Positions 39,676 through 49,653 of a stretch of DNA of 64,000 nucleotides are shown in pieces. Made by a program: the position numbers and the translations under genes. The notes below the pieces were generated by a model that was given only the letters and a program-made list of their open reading frames with translations, made no database searches and was not told where the DNA came from. Positions within the stretch are counted from its first letter, which is position 1. Each line of letters begins with the position of its first letter. The stretch lies in the IMG/VR virus record IMGVR_UViG_3300031951_000102, one strand, 5' to 3'. The stretch is from an uncultured virus (IMG/VR IMGVR_UViG_3300031951_000102) (taxonomy: Duplodnaviria; Heunggongvirae; Uroviricota; Caudoviricetes).

Positions 39676-39849
39676 TTAAATTAAAACTACAAGTTTTCCA
39701 TTTATTTTTTTAAATTTGTTATTTTCCATATCGTATTTTAAATGTTTTAAATTTTTTAAAATTGACTCATTTATAGGATAATAAGGTAACTCATAATTAG
39801 ATTTAATAAATGAATTTTCATATTTATAAAATCCAATTTTATTTTTCAT
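39676..39849 (-). CDS. Small hypothetical protein (57 aa)
   Basis: ATG at 39849 overlaps the stop region of the upstream gene and fills the gap; the longer track ORF is probably over-extended. Confidence 0.45.
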   Translation of the reverse strand: MKNKIGFYKYENSFIKSNYELPYYPINESILKNLKHLKYDMENNKFKKINGKLVVLI

Positions 39850-40615
39850 TAATTTTAAAATCTTTATAAAATTTATTATAACTTTTTTTATATGATTTTT
39901 GGGTCTCATCATTTTCATCTTTTGTATACTGCCAATTCCAATATAACTTCTCATTAGGTTTAAACCCATAAAACTCATGTACTTTTTTTTGTACATCTGT
40001 AACATTTTCACCATTCCAATTCTGACCTACACATATAAAACCACTTTCAATATTTTCAACTGTGTTTTTTTCACCTAAAGTGGAATGTCTATTTTGAATC
40101 CAAGTTAATCTTTCTATTAGATTTTGATAAAACATATTAGCCTGACCCCATCTAACTGAACTAAAAAATAATACAACATCTGATTCAAAAAGTTCTTTTG
40201 AAACCTTCCATAATTCATCTGATTTATTATTTAAACTCGCCCAACATCTATGATTTCCCGATGGATTTTTTTTATCATCTTTCAATAACGACTTTAACAC
40301 TCCACAACTATTACCTTCTTCTCTTGATACATTCCCCTCACAAGGAAATATCTTTAATTCTGATACATCCATGAAAACACATTTATCACCAAGTTCTTCT
40401 TTAAGATACATTGCTAAAATTTTGGACTTTGGTGTATCAATATTATTCTCATCCCAATTGAATCGGTTTGAGCAACTTAATAAAAGTACTTTTTTCTTTT
40501 TAGAAAGTTCTTTTATTGTTTCTTTTAGAGCCTTAAAACCATCCTCTTGTACCATGTTTTCCAAGAGCATCATTTTTCGTATCTTTTCAATTTCTTCTTG
40601 TATTATATTAGACAT
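39839..40615 (-). CDS. Flavodoxin-fold NAD(P)H-dependent FMN reductase / iron-sulfur flavoprotein-like protein with N-terminal leader
   Basis: VLLLSCSNR, IFPCEG, SDVVLFFSSVRWG, NLIERL, GFICVG. Confidence 0.8.
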   Translation of the reverse strand: MSNIIQEEIEKIRKMMLLENMVQEDGFKALKETIKELSKKKKVLLLSCSNRFNWDENNIDTPKSKILAMYLKEELGDKCVFMDVSELKIFPCEGNVSREEGNSCGVLKSLLKDDKKNPSGNHRCWASLNNKSDELWKVSKELFESDVVLFFSSVRWGQANMFYQNLIERLTWIQNRHSTLGEKNTVENIESGFICVGQNWNGENVTDVQKKVHEFYGFKPNEKLYWNWQYTKDENDETQKSYKKSYNKFYKDFKINEK

Positions 40616-40635
40616 ATAGATAAATACTTGTTAAA

Positions 40636-40661
40636 ATAAAAATCCCGACCTAGCTCGGGAT
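40636..40661 (-). terminator. Intrinsic terminator after nrdA
   Basis: ATCCCGA-6 nt-TCGGGAT followed by TTTTATTTT on the minus strand. Confidence 0.75.
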
Positions 40662-40676
40662 AACACATCGGATTTT

Positions 40677-43109
40677 TTAAGAAGAACATCCAAAACAATC
40701 AAAGTTACTATTTTCAGGTTTGTCTGGTAAATTCATATAACTGTAATCTACCGTTGGTGGTTCAGGAGTTGGTTTTGGTTTATTAACTTTTGAAGTATCA
40801 ATTGCTAAGTGTTTTGCTCCTGTTGAAATTGCCTTTGTTCTAACATAATAACAAAGTGTTTTCAATCCTTTTTCCCACCCATAAAAATGTGATGATGAAA
40901 TCTTGGACAAAGTTGGGTTACCCATATAAATATTCATTGATTGTGATTGGTCAATAAATGGTGCTCTGTCAGCCGCCATCTCAATCAAGGATTTTTGTGA
41001 AATCTCCCAAATTGTTTTATACTTTTCAATCAATCTTTCAATTCGATTAACTTTAAAATTATATCTTTTATCTTCAGGGTCCAAATAATTCAAGAAGTTA
41101 ATTCCTTGTACCGACCCTTCATTCATAATGATTTCGTTTTTCAAATCTTCAGACCAAATACCAATCTTTTCAAAATCGTTAATTAAGTATTTGTTTACAA
41201 TCATAATCTCCCCACCGACAACACGTCTGTTAAAGATTGCCGAGTGAGCGGGTTCTGTCATTTCATATGAACCTGTAATCTTAGCTGAAGATGCTACAGG
41301 CATTTGAGCCGTGAATAAAGAGTTACAAACACCATATTTTTTAACATTCTCTTTTAGAACATCCCAAGACCATCTTCCTGATAAATCATTGTTATTTAAA
41401 CCCCACATATCAAATTGGAATACTCCTTCTGACATAGGTGAACCCTTAAAGTAAGCGTATGGTTCATATTTACCATCCATACACAATCTGTTACTTTCAG
41501 TGATTGCCGCAAAATAAATTGTTTCAAATATTTCTTTATTTAACTTACGAGCTTCTTCAGATGTAAAAATATAATCCATTAAATAGAATACGTCTGCAAG
41601 TCCTTGAGTTCCAATAGCGATTGCTCTTTGATACAATCCACCTTTACGTCCTTTCTCAGTTGAGTAGTTGTTAATGTTAACAACCTTGTTCAACGCTCTT
41701 ACAACCTTACGTGTTTCTTCATATAACCCCTGAAAATCAAACTCTTTATCTTTAACGTAGTTCTTTAACACCATAGATGATAAAGTACAGATTGCAGTTG
41801 TGTCTTCATCAGTATACTGATAAATTTCATTACAAAGATTTGATTGTTTGATAACGCCAATATTCTGATGGTTTGTCTTTTTGTTCGCACTATCTTTAGA
41901 ACATAGATATGGAACACCTGTTTCAATTTGTGATTCAATAATCTTATTCCAAATTTCTTGAGCCTTAACTTTTTTACCAAGACCCATGTTTACCGCCAAC
42001 TTATAATTTTCTTCATACTCGTTACCATAACTTTCTTGTAACGGTTTGATACCAGCCTTTTTAATGTCATTAGGACAAAACAAATACCAATCATCATTAT
42101 CCTTAACCGCTCTCATAAAGTTGTCGGGAATCCAAAGTGCTGTAAACAAATCACGAGCTCTCAATTCTTCAGCACCTGTGTTCTTTTTAATCTCCAATAA
42201 ATCCATGATATCTTTATGCCAAGGTTCCAAGTAGATTGCCGCAGAACCAGGTCTACGTCCTTGTTGATTAAAGAAACGAAGTGATTCGTTAACAATCTTC
42301 AAATACTTTAAAAGTCCACCAGCATATCCACCCGAAGATGAAATACGACTCTCTTTACTACGAATGTTAGACATTGATAGTCCGATACCCGCAGCGTCCG
42401 ATGAGTACGTTGAGATGTCTCTCATAGTGTTCAGTAATCCCTCACGAGAATCTGAATCATTATAATGAAGTACACAAGACGCTAATTGCGGTGTTTTAGT
42501 TCCAGCGTTAATCATAATTGGTGTTGCCGGTGAAATTCTTTGATTTGATAACGCTTGATAATACTCAACCGCCTCTTCAAATGTATTAGTAACCCAAAGA
42601 GCAACTCTCATATACATATGTTGAGGACGTTCAACTACTATACCATCCGATAACTTCAAAAGATACATCTCAGCAAGTGACCTCCAAGCAAAATAATCAA
42701 AGTTATAATCATTATCATGATTAATAACATCATCAATGTTAGAAGGTCCGTATGACTCAATGGTTTCCATTAATTTATCATTGATAATTCCTTCATCATG
42801 TAACAAATGCATAGTATTTGAGAAACTTGGGTCAGTTTCTTTATGATAAGATGAAATAGCAACTGATGAAGCCAATCTTGAGTAATCATGATGACTACCT
42901 GTAAATGCTGCCGCAATTTCATAGATTAACTTATCTAATTCTTTTGTTGTAATAATACCTTCAGTTGGTACTGAAGTGATAACTTTAATAAAGATTTCAT
43001 CGGAGTTGACACTCAACCCTTTTGAAGCTCTTTTAATACGGTTATAAATTTTCTGTGGATTAAATGACGCATCATCTCCACTTCTCTTTTTAATTTTAAG
43101 TGACATCAT
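40677..43109 (-). CDS. nrdA: Ribonucleoside-diphosphate reductase alpha subunit, class Ia, with ATP cone
   Basis: ATP cone, ERPQHMYMRVA, SPATP, LASC, SNLCNEI, MPVASS, CYY, C-terminal CFGC. Confidence 0.97.
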   Translation of the reverse strand: MMSLKIKKRSGDDASFNPQKIYNRIKRASKGLSVNSDEIFIKVITSVPTEGIITTKELDKLIYEIAAAFTGSHHDYSRLASSVAISSYHKETDPSFSNTMHLLHDEGIINDKLMETIESYGPSNIDDVINHDNDYNFDYFAWRSLAEMYLLKLSDGIVVERPQHMYMRVALWVTNTFEEAVEYYQALSNQRISPATPIMINAGTKTPQLASCVLHYNDSDSREGLLNTMRDISTYSSDAAGIGLSMSNIRSKESRISSSGGYAGGLLKYLKIVNESLRFFNQQGRRPGSAAIYLEPWHKDIMDLLEIKKNTGAEELRARDLFTALWIPDNFMRAVKDNDDWYLFCPNDIKKAGIKPLQESYGNEYEENYKLAVNMGLGKKVKAQEIWNKIIESQIETGVPYLCSKDSANKKTNHQNIGVIKQSNLCNEIYQYTDEDTTAICTLSSMVLKNYVKDKEFDFQGLYEETRKVVRALNKVVNINNYSTEKGRKGGLYQRAIAIGTQGLADVFYLMDYIFTSEEARKLNKEIFETIYFAAITESNRLCMDGKYEPYAYFKGSPMSEGVFQFDMWGLNNNDLSGRWSWDVLKENVKKYGVCNSLFTAQMPVASSAKITGSYEMTEPAHSAIFNRRVVGGEIMIVNKYLINDFEKIGIWSEDLKNEIIMNEGSVQGINFLNYLDPEDKRYNFKVNRIERLIEKYKTIWEISQKSLIEMAADRAPFIDQSQSMNIYMGNPTLSKISSSHFYGWEKGLKTLCYYVRTKAISTGAKHLAIDTSKVNKPKPTPEPPTVDYSYMNLPDKPENSNFDCFGCSS

Positions 43110-43129
43110 AGTTCTATAAGAATAATAAA

Positions 43130-44061
43130 TTAGAAATCGTCAGTAAAGGACAATGTTTCGTTCAATTTAGCTTTTTGGTATTCAACGGTTCTTGACTCGA
43201 AGAAATTACCTTTTGTTTCAACCGCAATTTGTTCCATGAACTTAAATGGTTGTTCAACATTAAATTGTTTTTTACATCCAAACTTTACCAATAAACCATC
43301 AACAACAAACTCAAGATATTGTTTCATTAAGTTTTGGTTCATACCAATTAAAGAAACAGGTAATGATTCAGTGATGAATTCTTTTTCAATTTCAAGAGCT
43401 GAAAGTAGTATTTCTTTAATTCTCTTTTCACTTGGTTTGTTTTCAATATGATTGTTTAACAAATGAATCGCAAAATCACAATGTAGATTAATGAATTAGC
43501 ATTACACAAACCTTGCATAATACCACGAGATTTTAACCAAAATATTGAACAGAATGAACCTGAGAAGAAGATACCTTCAACAGCTGCGAAAGCAACTAAT
43601 CTCTCTTCAAAAGATGCGTTTTCAATCCAATCCAAAGCCCATTTAGCTTTCTTTTGAACCGCAGGAAGATTATCCAATGCGGTAAAACATAATTGTTTTT
43701 CTTGTTCGTTTGAAATATATGTATCAATCAATAATGAATACATTAATGAATGAATATTTTCCATAGCAAGTTGGATTCCGTAAAAGAATTTTGCTTCAGG
43801 ATATTGTACTTCACGGTAGAAATTCTCCGCTAAATTTTCATTAACAATACCATCAGACGCTGCAAAAAATGATAAAATATTTTTTACAAAATACTGTTCA
43901 TTCTCTGATAAGTTTTCCCAATCACGTAGGTCACCACTTAAATCAATTTCTTCTGCCGTCCAAAAAGCGGCTTGATGCATCTTATAATATTCCCATATAT
44001 CATTATGTTCTATTGGGAAGATAACAAACCTGTTCGGGTTTTCTACTAAAATTTTCTCCAT
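43130..44061 (-). pseudogene. nrdB: Ribonucleotide reductase beta subunit, frameshifted at ~43486 (two track ORFs)
   Basis: [27 protein letters not shown] in the first frame; [19 protein letters not shown] in the second; the DE of the DExxH motif is missing at the junction. May be an assembly error. Confidence 0.85.
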
Positions 44062-44066
44062 ATTAA

Positions 44067-45449
44067 TTAATTATTTTGTTGTTCTCTTTCTTTTCTTTTT
44101 TGTAATAATTCTTGAATTCTTTGTCGTTTTTTCTCTTCGTTTTGTTCCTCAAGTCCTAAAAACGTAACTGAACTATCTGTGTCAATATCTAAATATCCGT
44201 TATCAAATTTACAATTCTCAAATACAACTCCATCATCACCAATTCTTGATTTAGTTATCGCAATTGTTGCCAATTTCATTTCTTTTTGTTGTAAACTTTT
44301 AGCAACCGATATGATTACGTGACCAACTTGAGCCTTTTTAATTGACCCACCCATTTGGTCAGTTGTAACTACTTCTGAAGATATAGAACTTCTATTTCCT
44401 TGTGTTGCAGTCCATCCAACTAAATCTAATTCATGACACATAGCTTCAAAACCTCTCATAACAGAACCTTCAGATTTCCATTCGTCACCTAAATTTTTAT
44501 CAGGTACCACACAATCAATATAATCTAAAAGAACCATATCTAATTTAACACCATCCGCAATCATTTTTCGAATCATGTTTTTAATCTGAAGCATTGTCAA
44601 AGTATCTGATGGTAATTTTTGAAGAAGTAACTTGTTCTCCATTTTATCCTCAATTTCTTTAACTTTAGACATTACTTCATCCTTTTTGATTGATAGTTCA
44701 TCAGGATGAACTTTGGTCCATAATGTGAAATGTTTTCTTTGGATAATTTTAGGATTGTCCTCAAAAAATATTTGAAGTACATTGTAACCTAAATTATATG
44801 CGTGATTTGAGATTTTAGTTAAAAACGTTGATTTACCAACACCTGTCGGGGCTAAAATCACACCTATTTCACCTTTTGCCAATCCACCTTTCAATAATCT
44901 ATCAATACCAGGTATTCCCATAGGAATTGGATGTCTATAATCCTCATTTAACACATCATCAAGATTGGAGAATACATCCGACATTCCATCTTCTCTTTCC
45001 CCAACTTGTAATGCTTCTTTGATTAATTGTTCTAATGTGTCATAGTTCTCAAATTCACCTCCATCAATGACTTTTTGAGCCTTTGTGATTGCCTTTTGTA
45101 ACTCTTGTTGTTTACAAAATTTAAGAGCTTTTTCTTGAACAAACTGACCACCTTCAGTAGATGTTTCTTTTATTTTAGTAATCGTATCAAGTACGATTTT
45201 GGATGCCAATTCTTGTTGTAATTCAGATTTTGTTATCTGTTCCAAAGTATCAAAAGTAGGTGTGTGCTCGTACTTTGAATAATACTCCCTAATCATTTGC
45301 ATGATAATTTTGAAGTATTTATTTTCGAAATAGTTTGTTTCAATTACATCAATTATGGACCTTCCGAACTCTTTGTCTACAATAATCTGATTCATTAATT
45401 GAATCTGAAATGTAGGACCGAGATAGTCAAAATTTTTAATTGTCGCCAT
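44067..45449 (-). CDS. dnaB: Replicative DNA helicase (DnaB / T4 gp41-like)
   Basis: [34 protein letters not shown]. Confidence 0.93.
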   Translation of the reverse strand: MATIKNFDYLGPTFQIQLMNQIIVDKEFGRSIIDVIETNYFENKYFKIIMQMIREYYSKYEHTPTFDTLEQITKSELQQELASKIVLDTITKIKETSTEGGQFVQEKALKFCKQQELQKAITKAQKVIDGGEFENYDTLEQLIKEALQVGEREDGMSDVFSNLDDVLNEDYRHPIPMGIPGIDRLLKGGLAKGEIGVILAPTGVGKSTFLTKISNHAYNLGYNVLQIFFEDNPKIIQRKHFTLWTKVHPDELSIKKDEVMSKVKEIEDKMENKLLLQKLPSDTLTMLQIKNMIRKMIADGVKLDMVLLDYIDCVVPDKNLGDEWKSEGSVMRGFEAMCHELDLVGWTATQGNRSSISSEVVTTDQMGGSIKKAQVGHVIISVAKSLQQKEMKLATIAITKSRIGDDGVVFENCKFDNGYLDIDTDSSVTFLGLEEQNEEKKRQRIQELLQKRKEREQQNN

Positions 45450-45478
45450 AATTTTTTTATTCTTGTAATTGATAAATA

Positions 45479-45931
45479 TTACCCCTCTACAGGAATTTCG
45501 TAGTTAGCAAATGTTAAGTTTTCTGTCGAGAAAATCTCTGTCAAATCTGACAATAAACTTTTTATTTGCGGACGTATGTCTACGGTGTATCTTATTTTAG
45601 GTGGGTAGATTTTTGCGTCAAATAATCTATGACAAATTGTCATATCATTATTTTTAATAATGAGTGAAAAATACTCCGGTCCGTCAACAAAAGAGGTTTC
45701 AAGAATCTCAGGATTTTCCATGATTTCGTATGAATTTTGTAACATGTAGTCCACAGTTTTCATTTTCAAAATATGACACATTTCATCTTTAAAATCCTTT
45801 ATATATTCATAAAGGTCATCAGAATTTTTTGCTTTAGGATTATAATTCCTAACATTGAAAAATCTTTGAACAATGATGTTGTCATTCACTTTCATCAAAA
45901 ATTCTAATTTGGTTAAATCTTGTTCTTTCAT
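45479..45931 (-). CDS. Hypothetical protein in replication module
   Basis: 150 aa ORF between exonuclease and helicase. Confidence 0.75.
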   Translation of the reverse strand: MKEQDLTKLEFLMKVNDNIIVQRFFNVRNYNPKAKNSDDLYEYIKDFKDEMCHILKMKTVDYMLQNSYEIMENPEILETSFVDGPEYFSLIIKNNDMTICHRLFDAKIYPPKIRYTVDIRPQIKSLLSDLTEIFSTENLTFANYEIPVEG

Positions 45932-45934
45932 AAT

Positions 45935-46945
45935 TTATTTTTTGTTTGTTTGATATTTTTTCTTTTCTTTTCTTGTTAGTTTTAAAAATGGTTTTACAAA
46001 GTTAACCCAAGCTTCGTCTCCTTTTGGTAAAAATTTAAAAAATCCATCTTCCATCATCATGCGAATAAGATTTCTATACCCTCTACCTTCGGGGTCTAAT
46101 GTTTCTTTATAATAAAGTTCAACAATTTCTTTTCCTTCTTCTGTGATTAACGGATTAGATAAATCCACGATTTTTGTGTTAATCTCAAAAAATTCATTTC
46201 CATAGATACCTGATTTGGTTTTACCTGTGAGTAAATTTTGTAATACTTTGTTTTCTTTGTCTTCAGCGAATAACATTTCCGCTCTTGTTAAAATATCGGA
46301 AACAGATGTCGGTTTTTCAAGTATTTCAGGAAATAATTTAATAAAAGTTTTTTCACCTAAAAAATAGATACCATCAATATTATCAGATTTATCACCAGAT
46401 AACACTTTGTAAGTTATAACATTATAATGAGGTATTTCAGCTTCATATAATCTAATAAAATCACCATTTTTATATGTTAATTTTGTGTTTGGGGAATAGA
46501 TTGAGACATTATCACTAATAAGTTGAGTTAAGTCCCTATCACCTGAAAAAATGGTTATAGTTTCGTTTGTTGATATCTTACAGTAATAAGCAATTAAATC
46601 ATCCGCCTCATTATTGTCAATATCAACCTGTCTAACAAACATCTCTTCAAGATATTGTTTAACTCGTTGTTTTTGTTCAGCAAAAGATTGTTCCTTAAAG
46701 TCTTCTTTATAAATTTTACGATTTTCTTTGTATTGAGGATAAATTAATTTTCGAGTAGAGGAACTATCTTCACCATCCCAAAAAACAACAACTTTATCAA
46801 AGTTTTGTTCTTCAATAAAACGTCGGGTGGTATTCAGAAAATGCCAAATACCCCCAACGTGTTTCCCTTCATGGAAGAAATCTTTTACCCCATGAAAACC
46901 GATTTTTAATAAATTGTTACCGTCAATTAATAGTGTTTTAATCAC
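45935..46945 (-). CDS. 5'-3' exonuclease / flap endonuclease (T4 RNase H, PolA N-terminal-like)
   Basis: LLIDGNN, VFWDG, YKENR, EADDLIA, SGDRDLTQL, GDKSDNIDG; GTG start. Confidence 0.92.
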   Translation of the reverse strand: MIKTLLIDGNNLLKIGFHGVKDFFHEGKHVGGIWHFLNTTRRFIEEQNFDKVVVFWDGEDSSSTRKLIYPQYKENRKIYKEDFKEQSFAEQKQRVKQYLEEMFVRQVDIDNNEADDLIAYYCKISTNETITIFSGDRDLTQLISDNVSIYSPNTKLTYKNGDFIRLYEAEIPHYNVITYKVLSGDKSDNIDGIYFLGEKTFIKLFPEILEKPTSVSDILTRAEMLFAEDKENKVLQNLLTGKTKSGIYGNEFFEINTKIVDLSNPLITEEGKEIVELYYKETLDPEGRGYRNLIRMMMEDGFFKFLPKGDEAWVNFVKPFLKLTRKEKKKYQTNKK

Positions 46946-46956
46946 TTAATTTAATT

Positions 46957-47946
46957 TTAGATGTCAGACTCATCAACAACTTCTTCGTCAAGAAGAATTT
47001 CACCAGTACCTGTTAAAACAGCGTTCCAATACTGTGAGAATTCTTTCTTGTAGTTTTCTAAAGCCTCTTTAGTATCTGAAATATAACCCTGTGGTACGGC
47101 AATAATCTTACCATCACTATAACCTAAACCATTTACGTGGTTTTTCAAAATAGAGATTTTGGTTCTAATTGCGTAACGAACAGTTCTACCATTTTTTGTC
47201 GCAGTAATATGATTAATACCAGCCTTTTTCTGATTTCCAAATAAGAACACTAAAGCAGATGCTAACCATAACGCTTCACCACCTTTTGCCTTGATTTCAG
47301 GTTGTCCAAATGGGTTATCAGGTAAATCTACCCAAGGTTGGTTTACAACTACCATTGTGTTATAATAAGGATACTCTTCTTTTTTAGATTTACTAATTCT
47401 TGAATGTATTCCCATACCAATCTTATCAGCAAGTGTAGAAGCGTTGTGCATTTTTCCACCTTTACCTTCAAATGTCATTTTACAAGGAATACTTCCAACA
47501 GAATCCCACAAAAATAGTAAATTATATGGTAAATCACCTTTTTCTTGAGCGTCCAATACTTCATTAATGAAATCAGTAGCTTGTTCAATATAGTCAAAAC
47601 TATCGTTAAAAATGAAATCACCGTCCCATTCACCCTCAGAGTTTTGAGATGCCGATAAACCTAATTCAACTGCGTGAGTCCAAGACCATTTTTTTTCTGT
47701 AATAATGAAAACAGGTAAATGTCCTTTTTTCTGAGCATCAGCCGCAGCTAATATCATCGCAGTCGTCTTAGATGAATTAGAATGACCTAAAAACATGTTT
47801 ATACCACCCATAACAGGACCTGGTAATCCACACGCACCCATGAAAGCATCTCCACAATTGTAGTAACTTTCAGGTTTATATTTTGTTTTTGATGAAAATT
47901 TGGATTTAATAGAATCTAATCCAATTTCTTTTTTCTTAATTGCCAT
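46957..47946 (-). CDS. uvsX: RecA/UvsX-like recombinase
   Basis: GHSNSSKTT, ITE, LWDSVG, VVNQ, KGGEAL, KNHV; adjacent to SSB. Confidence 0.85.
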   Translation of the reverse strand: MAIKKKEIGLDSIKSKFSSKTKYKPESYYNCGDAFMGACGLPGPVMGGINMFLGHSNSSKTTAMILAAADAQKKGHLPVFIITEKKWSWTHAVELGLSASQNSEGEWDGDFIFNDSFDYIEQATDFINEVLDAQEKGDLPYNLLFLWDSVGSIPCKMTFEGKGGKMHNASTLADKIGMGIHSRISKSKKEEYPYYNTMVVVNQPWVDLPDNPFGQPEIKAKGGEALWLASALVFLFGNQKKAGINHITATKNGRTVRYAIRTKISILKNHVNGLGYSDGKIIAVPQGYISDTKEALENYKKEFSQYWNAVLTGTGEILLDEEVVDESDI

Positions 47947-47982
47947 TAATGTCTAAGTGTTAGTTAAAAATTTGTTAAAAAA

Positions 47983-48025
47983 TAAGAGTTTGGACACCTT
48001 GTCTAAGTAGATGTCCAAACTCTTA
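47983..48025 (-). terminator. Long hairpin between SSB and recombinase genes (terminator/attenuator)
   Basis: Perfect 14-bp inverted repeat TAAGAGTTTGGACA / TGTCCAAACTCTTA, 15-nt loop, T6 tract after it on minus strand. Confidence 0.7.
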
Positions 48026-48029
48026 AATA

Positions 48030-48878
48030 TTAGAATGGTAAATCACCATCAGGTTCGTTGCCAGCTTGTGGGTCAACTATTGGTGTGTTTCCACCGATAG
48101 AAATAAGAGATTCCTCAGAATTTCCATAAACATATTTACCAGCATCAGAGTCCCAACGAGGTACTTCACCTCTTGCAATCGCTTCCAAGTATTCTACAGG
48201 TTTTTTAGAATAAACATCCGACCAAGATAACGCATCGTTAACCCATGAATCAGCAGTCGCTTTATCTTCATGAACCGACGTTGGGTCATCATACATAATA
48301 GTTTGGATAACTGTGTATGTAGCACCTTTTGGGGTCTTAGCTTTAGTTAATTCTAAGATAATATCTCTTCCTTTTTCAGGGTCTGTTATATCACCTTTAG
48401 CTCTAAAAATTGGGATAATCTTATCAAGAATTCCTTCGTTTTTATAGTTGTGTTTAAAACGCCAAAACTTAACTCCATCTTGTTCGTTATCACGGTCAAC
48501 AACTTTAAGAATATAAAACTTTCTTGGTTTATATTGTTTAGCAAGTTCTTTGTCCGACTCTTTACCTGTTGACATAAGTTCTTCATAAACTTCGGTCAAA
48601 GGTGAACGTTCATTGTCGTTTTTTCCTGGGTCGTAAATTTTATTCCACTTTCCATCAATTTGTACTTCGTGGTACCATACCTCTTTGAAAGGTGATGAGC
48701 CGTCTTTTGTAGGGAGAATACGTAACCTTTTTTGACCTTGTTTTTCGTTATCCTTAAGGATAGCTGCAAAGTATTTTTTCATTCTTTCATCTTGTGTCAT
48801 TGAGGTAGAAGATGAACCACCTTTTGTCGCTTGTTCGTACTGTGCAAGAACAGCGTCTAGAGAATTGTTTGTCGCCAT
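48030..48878 (-). CDS. Single-stranded DNA-binding protein (T4 gp32-like)
   Basis: LRILP..PF.EVWYH, ITDPEKGRDI, acidic C-terminus ending DLPF. Confidence 0.85.
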   Translation of the reverse strand: MATNNSLDAVLAQYEQATKGGSSSTSMTQDERMKKYFAAILKDNEKQGQKRLRILPTKDGSSPFKEVWYHEVQIDGKWNKIYDPGKNDNERSPLTEVYEELMSTGKESDKELAKQYKPRKFYILKVVDRDNEQDGVKFWRFKHNYKNEGILDKIIPIFRAKGDITDPEKGRDIILELTKAKTPKGATYTVIQTIMYDDPTSVHEDKATADSWVNDALSWSDVYSKKPVEYLEAIARGEVPRWDSDAGKYVYGNSEESLISIGGNTPIVDPQAGNEPDGDLPF

Positions 48879-48902
48879 ATGTGTTAATTTAATTGTTTAC
48901 TA

Positions 48903-48931
48903 ATTATAAGTGTCAGCCGTAGTATAGTCAA
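48903..48931 (-). promoter_or_regulatory. Sigma70-like promoter TTGACT-N17-TATAAT
   Basis: Near-consensus, directly after a terminator, heading the replication block. Confidence 0.7.
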
Positions 48932-48942
48932 ATGAGTTAGAT

Positions 48943-48964
48943 AAAAAAACGGTCCGAAGACCGT
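48943..48964 (-). terminator. Intrinsic terminator with cUUCGg tetraloop
   Basis: Minus strand ACGGTC-TTCG-GACCGT-TTTTTT. Confidence 0.88.
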
Positions 48965-48968
48965 GTAT

Positions 48969-49652
48969 TTATCTTACGTTTACAAAATCACCCATGTTTT
49001 CATCACCAAAATCTCTAAAGCTTTTTTTAATGTCAATCGGTGAATAATCTGAAATTTCTTTTTGAGTTAAAACATATTCATTTTTTCCAGTTTTTTCAAA
49101 GTCATCTTCTTTATCTTCAAAAAAATCTGAAAGTTTCTGATTATATGGACCAGAATCTAGCGTTCTTAATTCCAATTTTTCTTGTGGTGTTTTAACTCTA
49201 TATTTTTCAATTTTACTTTCTAAATCATTAAGTTTATCTAAAATATTATCCATATTAGATAATTTATCTTCTAAATCACCTAAATGTTTGAATAAATTAT
49301 CAAAATATTCTTCTTGTTTATCTTCGATATTTTTTTGAGATTTTACTAAATCGGTTATCTCAATTTCTTCACCCTTTTTATCTTTCTTTTCTTCAGACTT
49401 ACCTTCATCATCTAACTTTTCAACATCAGGGTCAGTATTCGTATCAACAGGTGCCGGAGATTCATTAGGTGTCGGAGGTGGTGGTGTTGCAGCCGCTCCA
49501 GCAGCATCTACAGGTGCATCCGCGGGTGGTGGAACAGGTGCTCCCGCATCCCCACCAGGAGCTGGTGGTAAAGCTACTTCTTGTTCCAAAATATAATCAT
49601 TTATTTGATTATATCTTTTTAATTCTTCTAAAATTTGTAAATCGATTTTCAT
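48969..49652 (-). CDS. Acidic Pro/Ala-rich coiled-coil protein (scaffold/core-like)
   Basis: ILEELKRY..ILEQE leader, PA-rich linker, coiled coil. Confidence 0.65.
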   Translation of the reverse strand: MKIDLQILEELKRYNQINDYILEQEVALPPAPGGDAGAPVPPPADAPVDAAGAAATPPPPTPNESPAPVDTNTDPDVEKLDDEGKSEEKKDKKGEEIEITDLVKSQKNIEDKQEEYFDNLFKHLGDLEDKLSNMDNILDKLNDLESKIEKYRVKTPQEKLELRTLDSGPYNQKLSDFFEDKEDDFEKTGKNEYVLTQKEISDYSPIDIKKSFRDFGDENMGDFVNVR

Positions 49653-49653
49653 T

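Noticed and set aside
43456..43500. Programmed ribosomal frameshift in nrdB
   Set aside because: No slippery heptamer at the junction and the essential DE codons are absent from the frames on either side
39839..44061. Metal-free class Ie RNR with NrdI-like activator
   Set aside because: Both subunits are class Ia-type, other iron ligands are intact, the loss is a frame-breaking deletion, and the flavoprotein is not NrdI-like and is separated by a terminator
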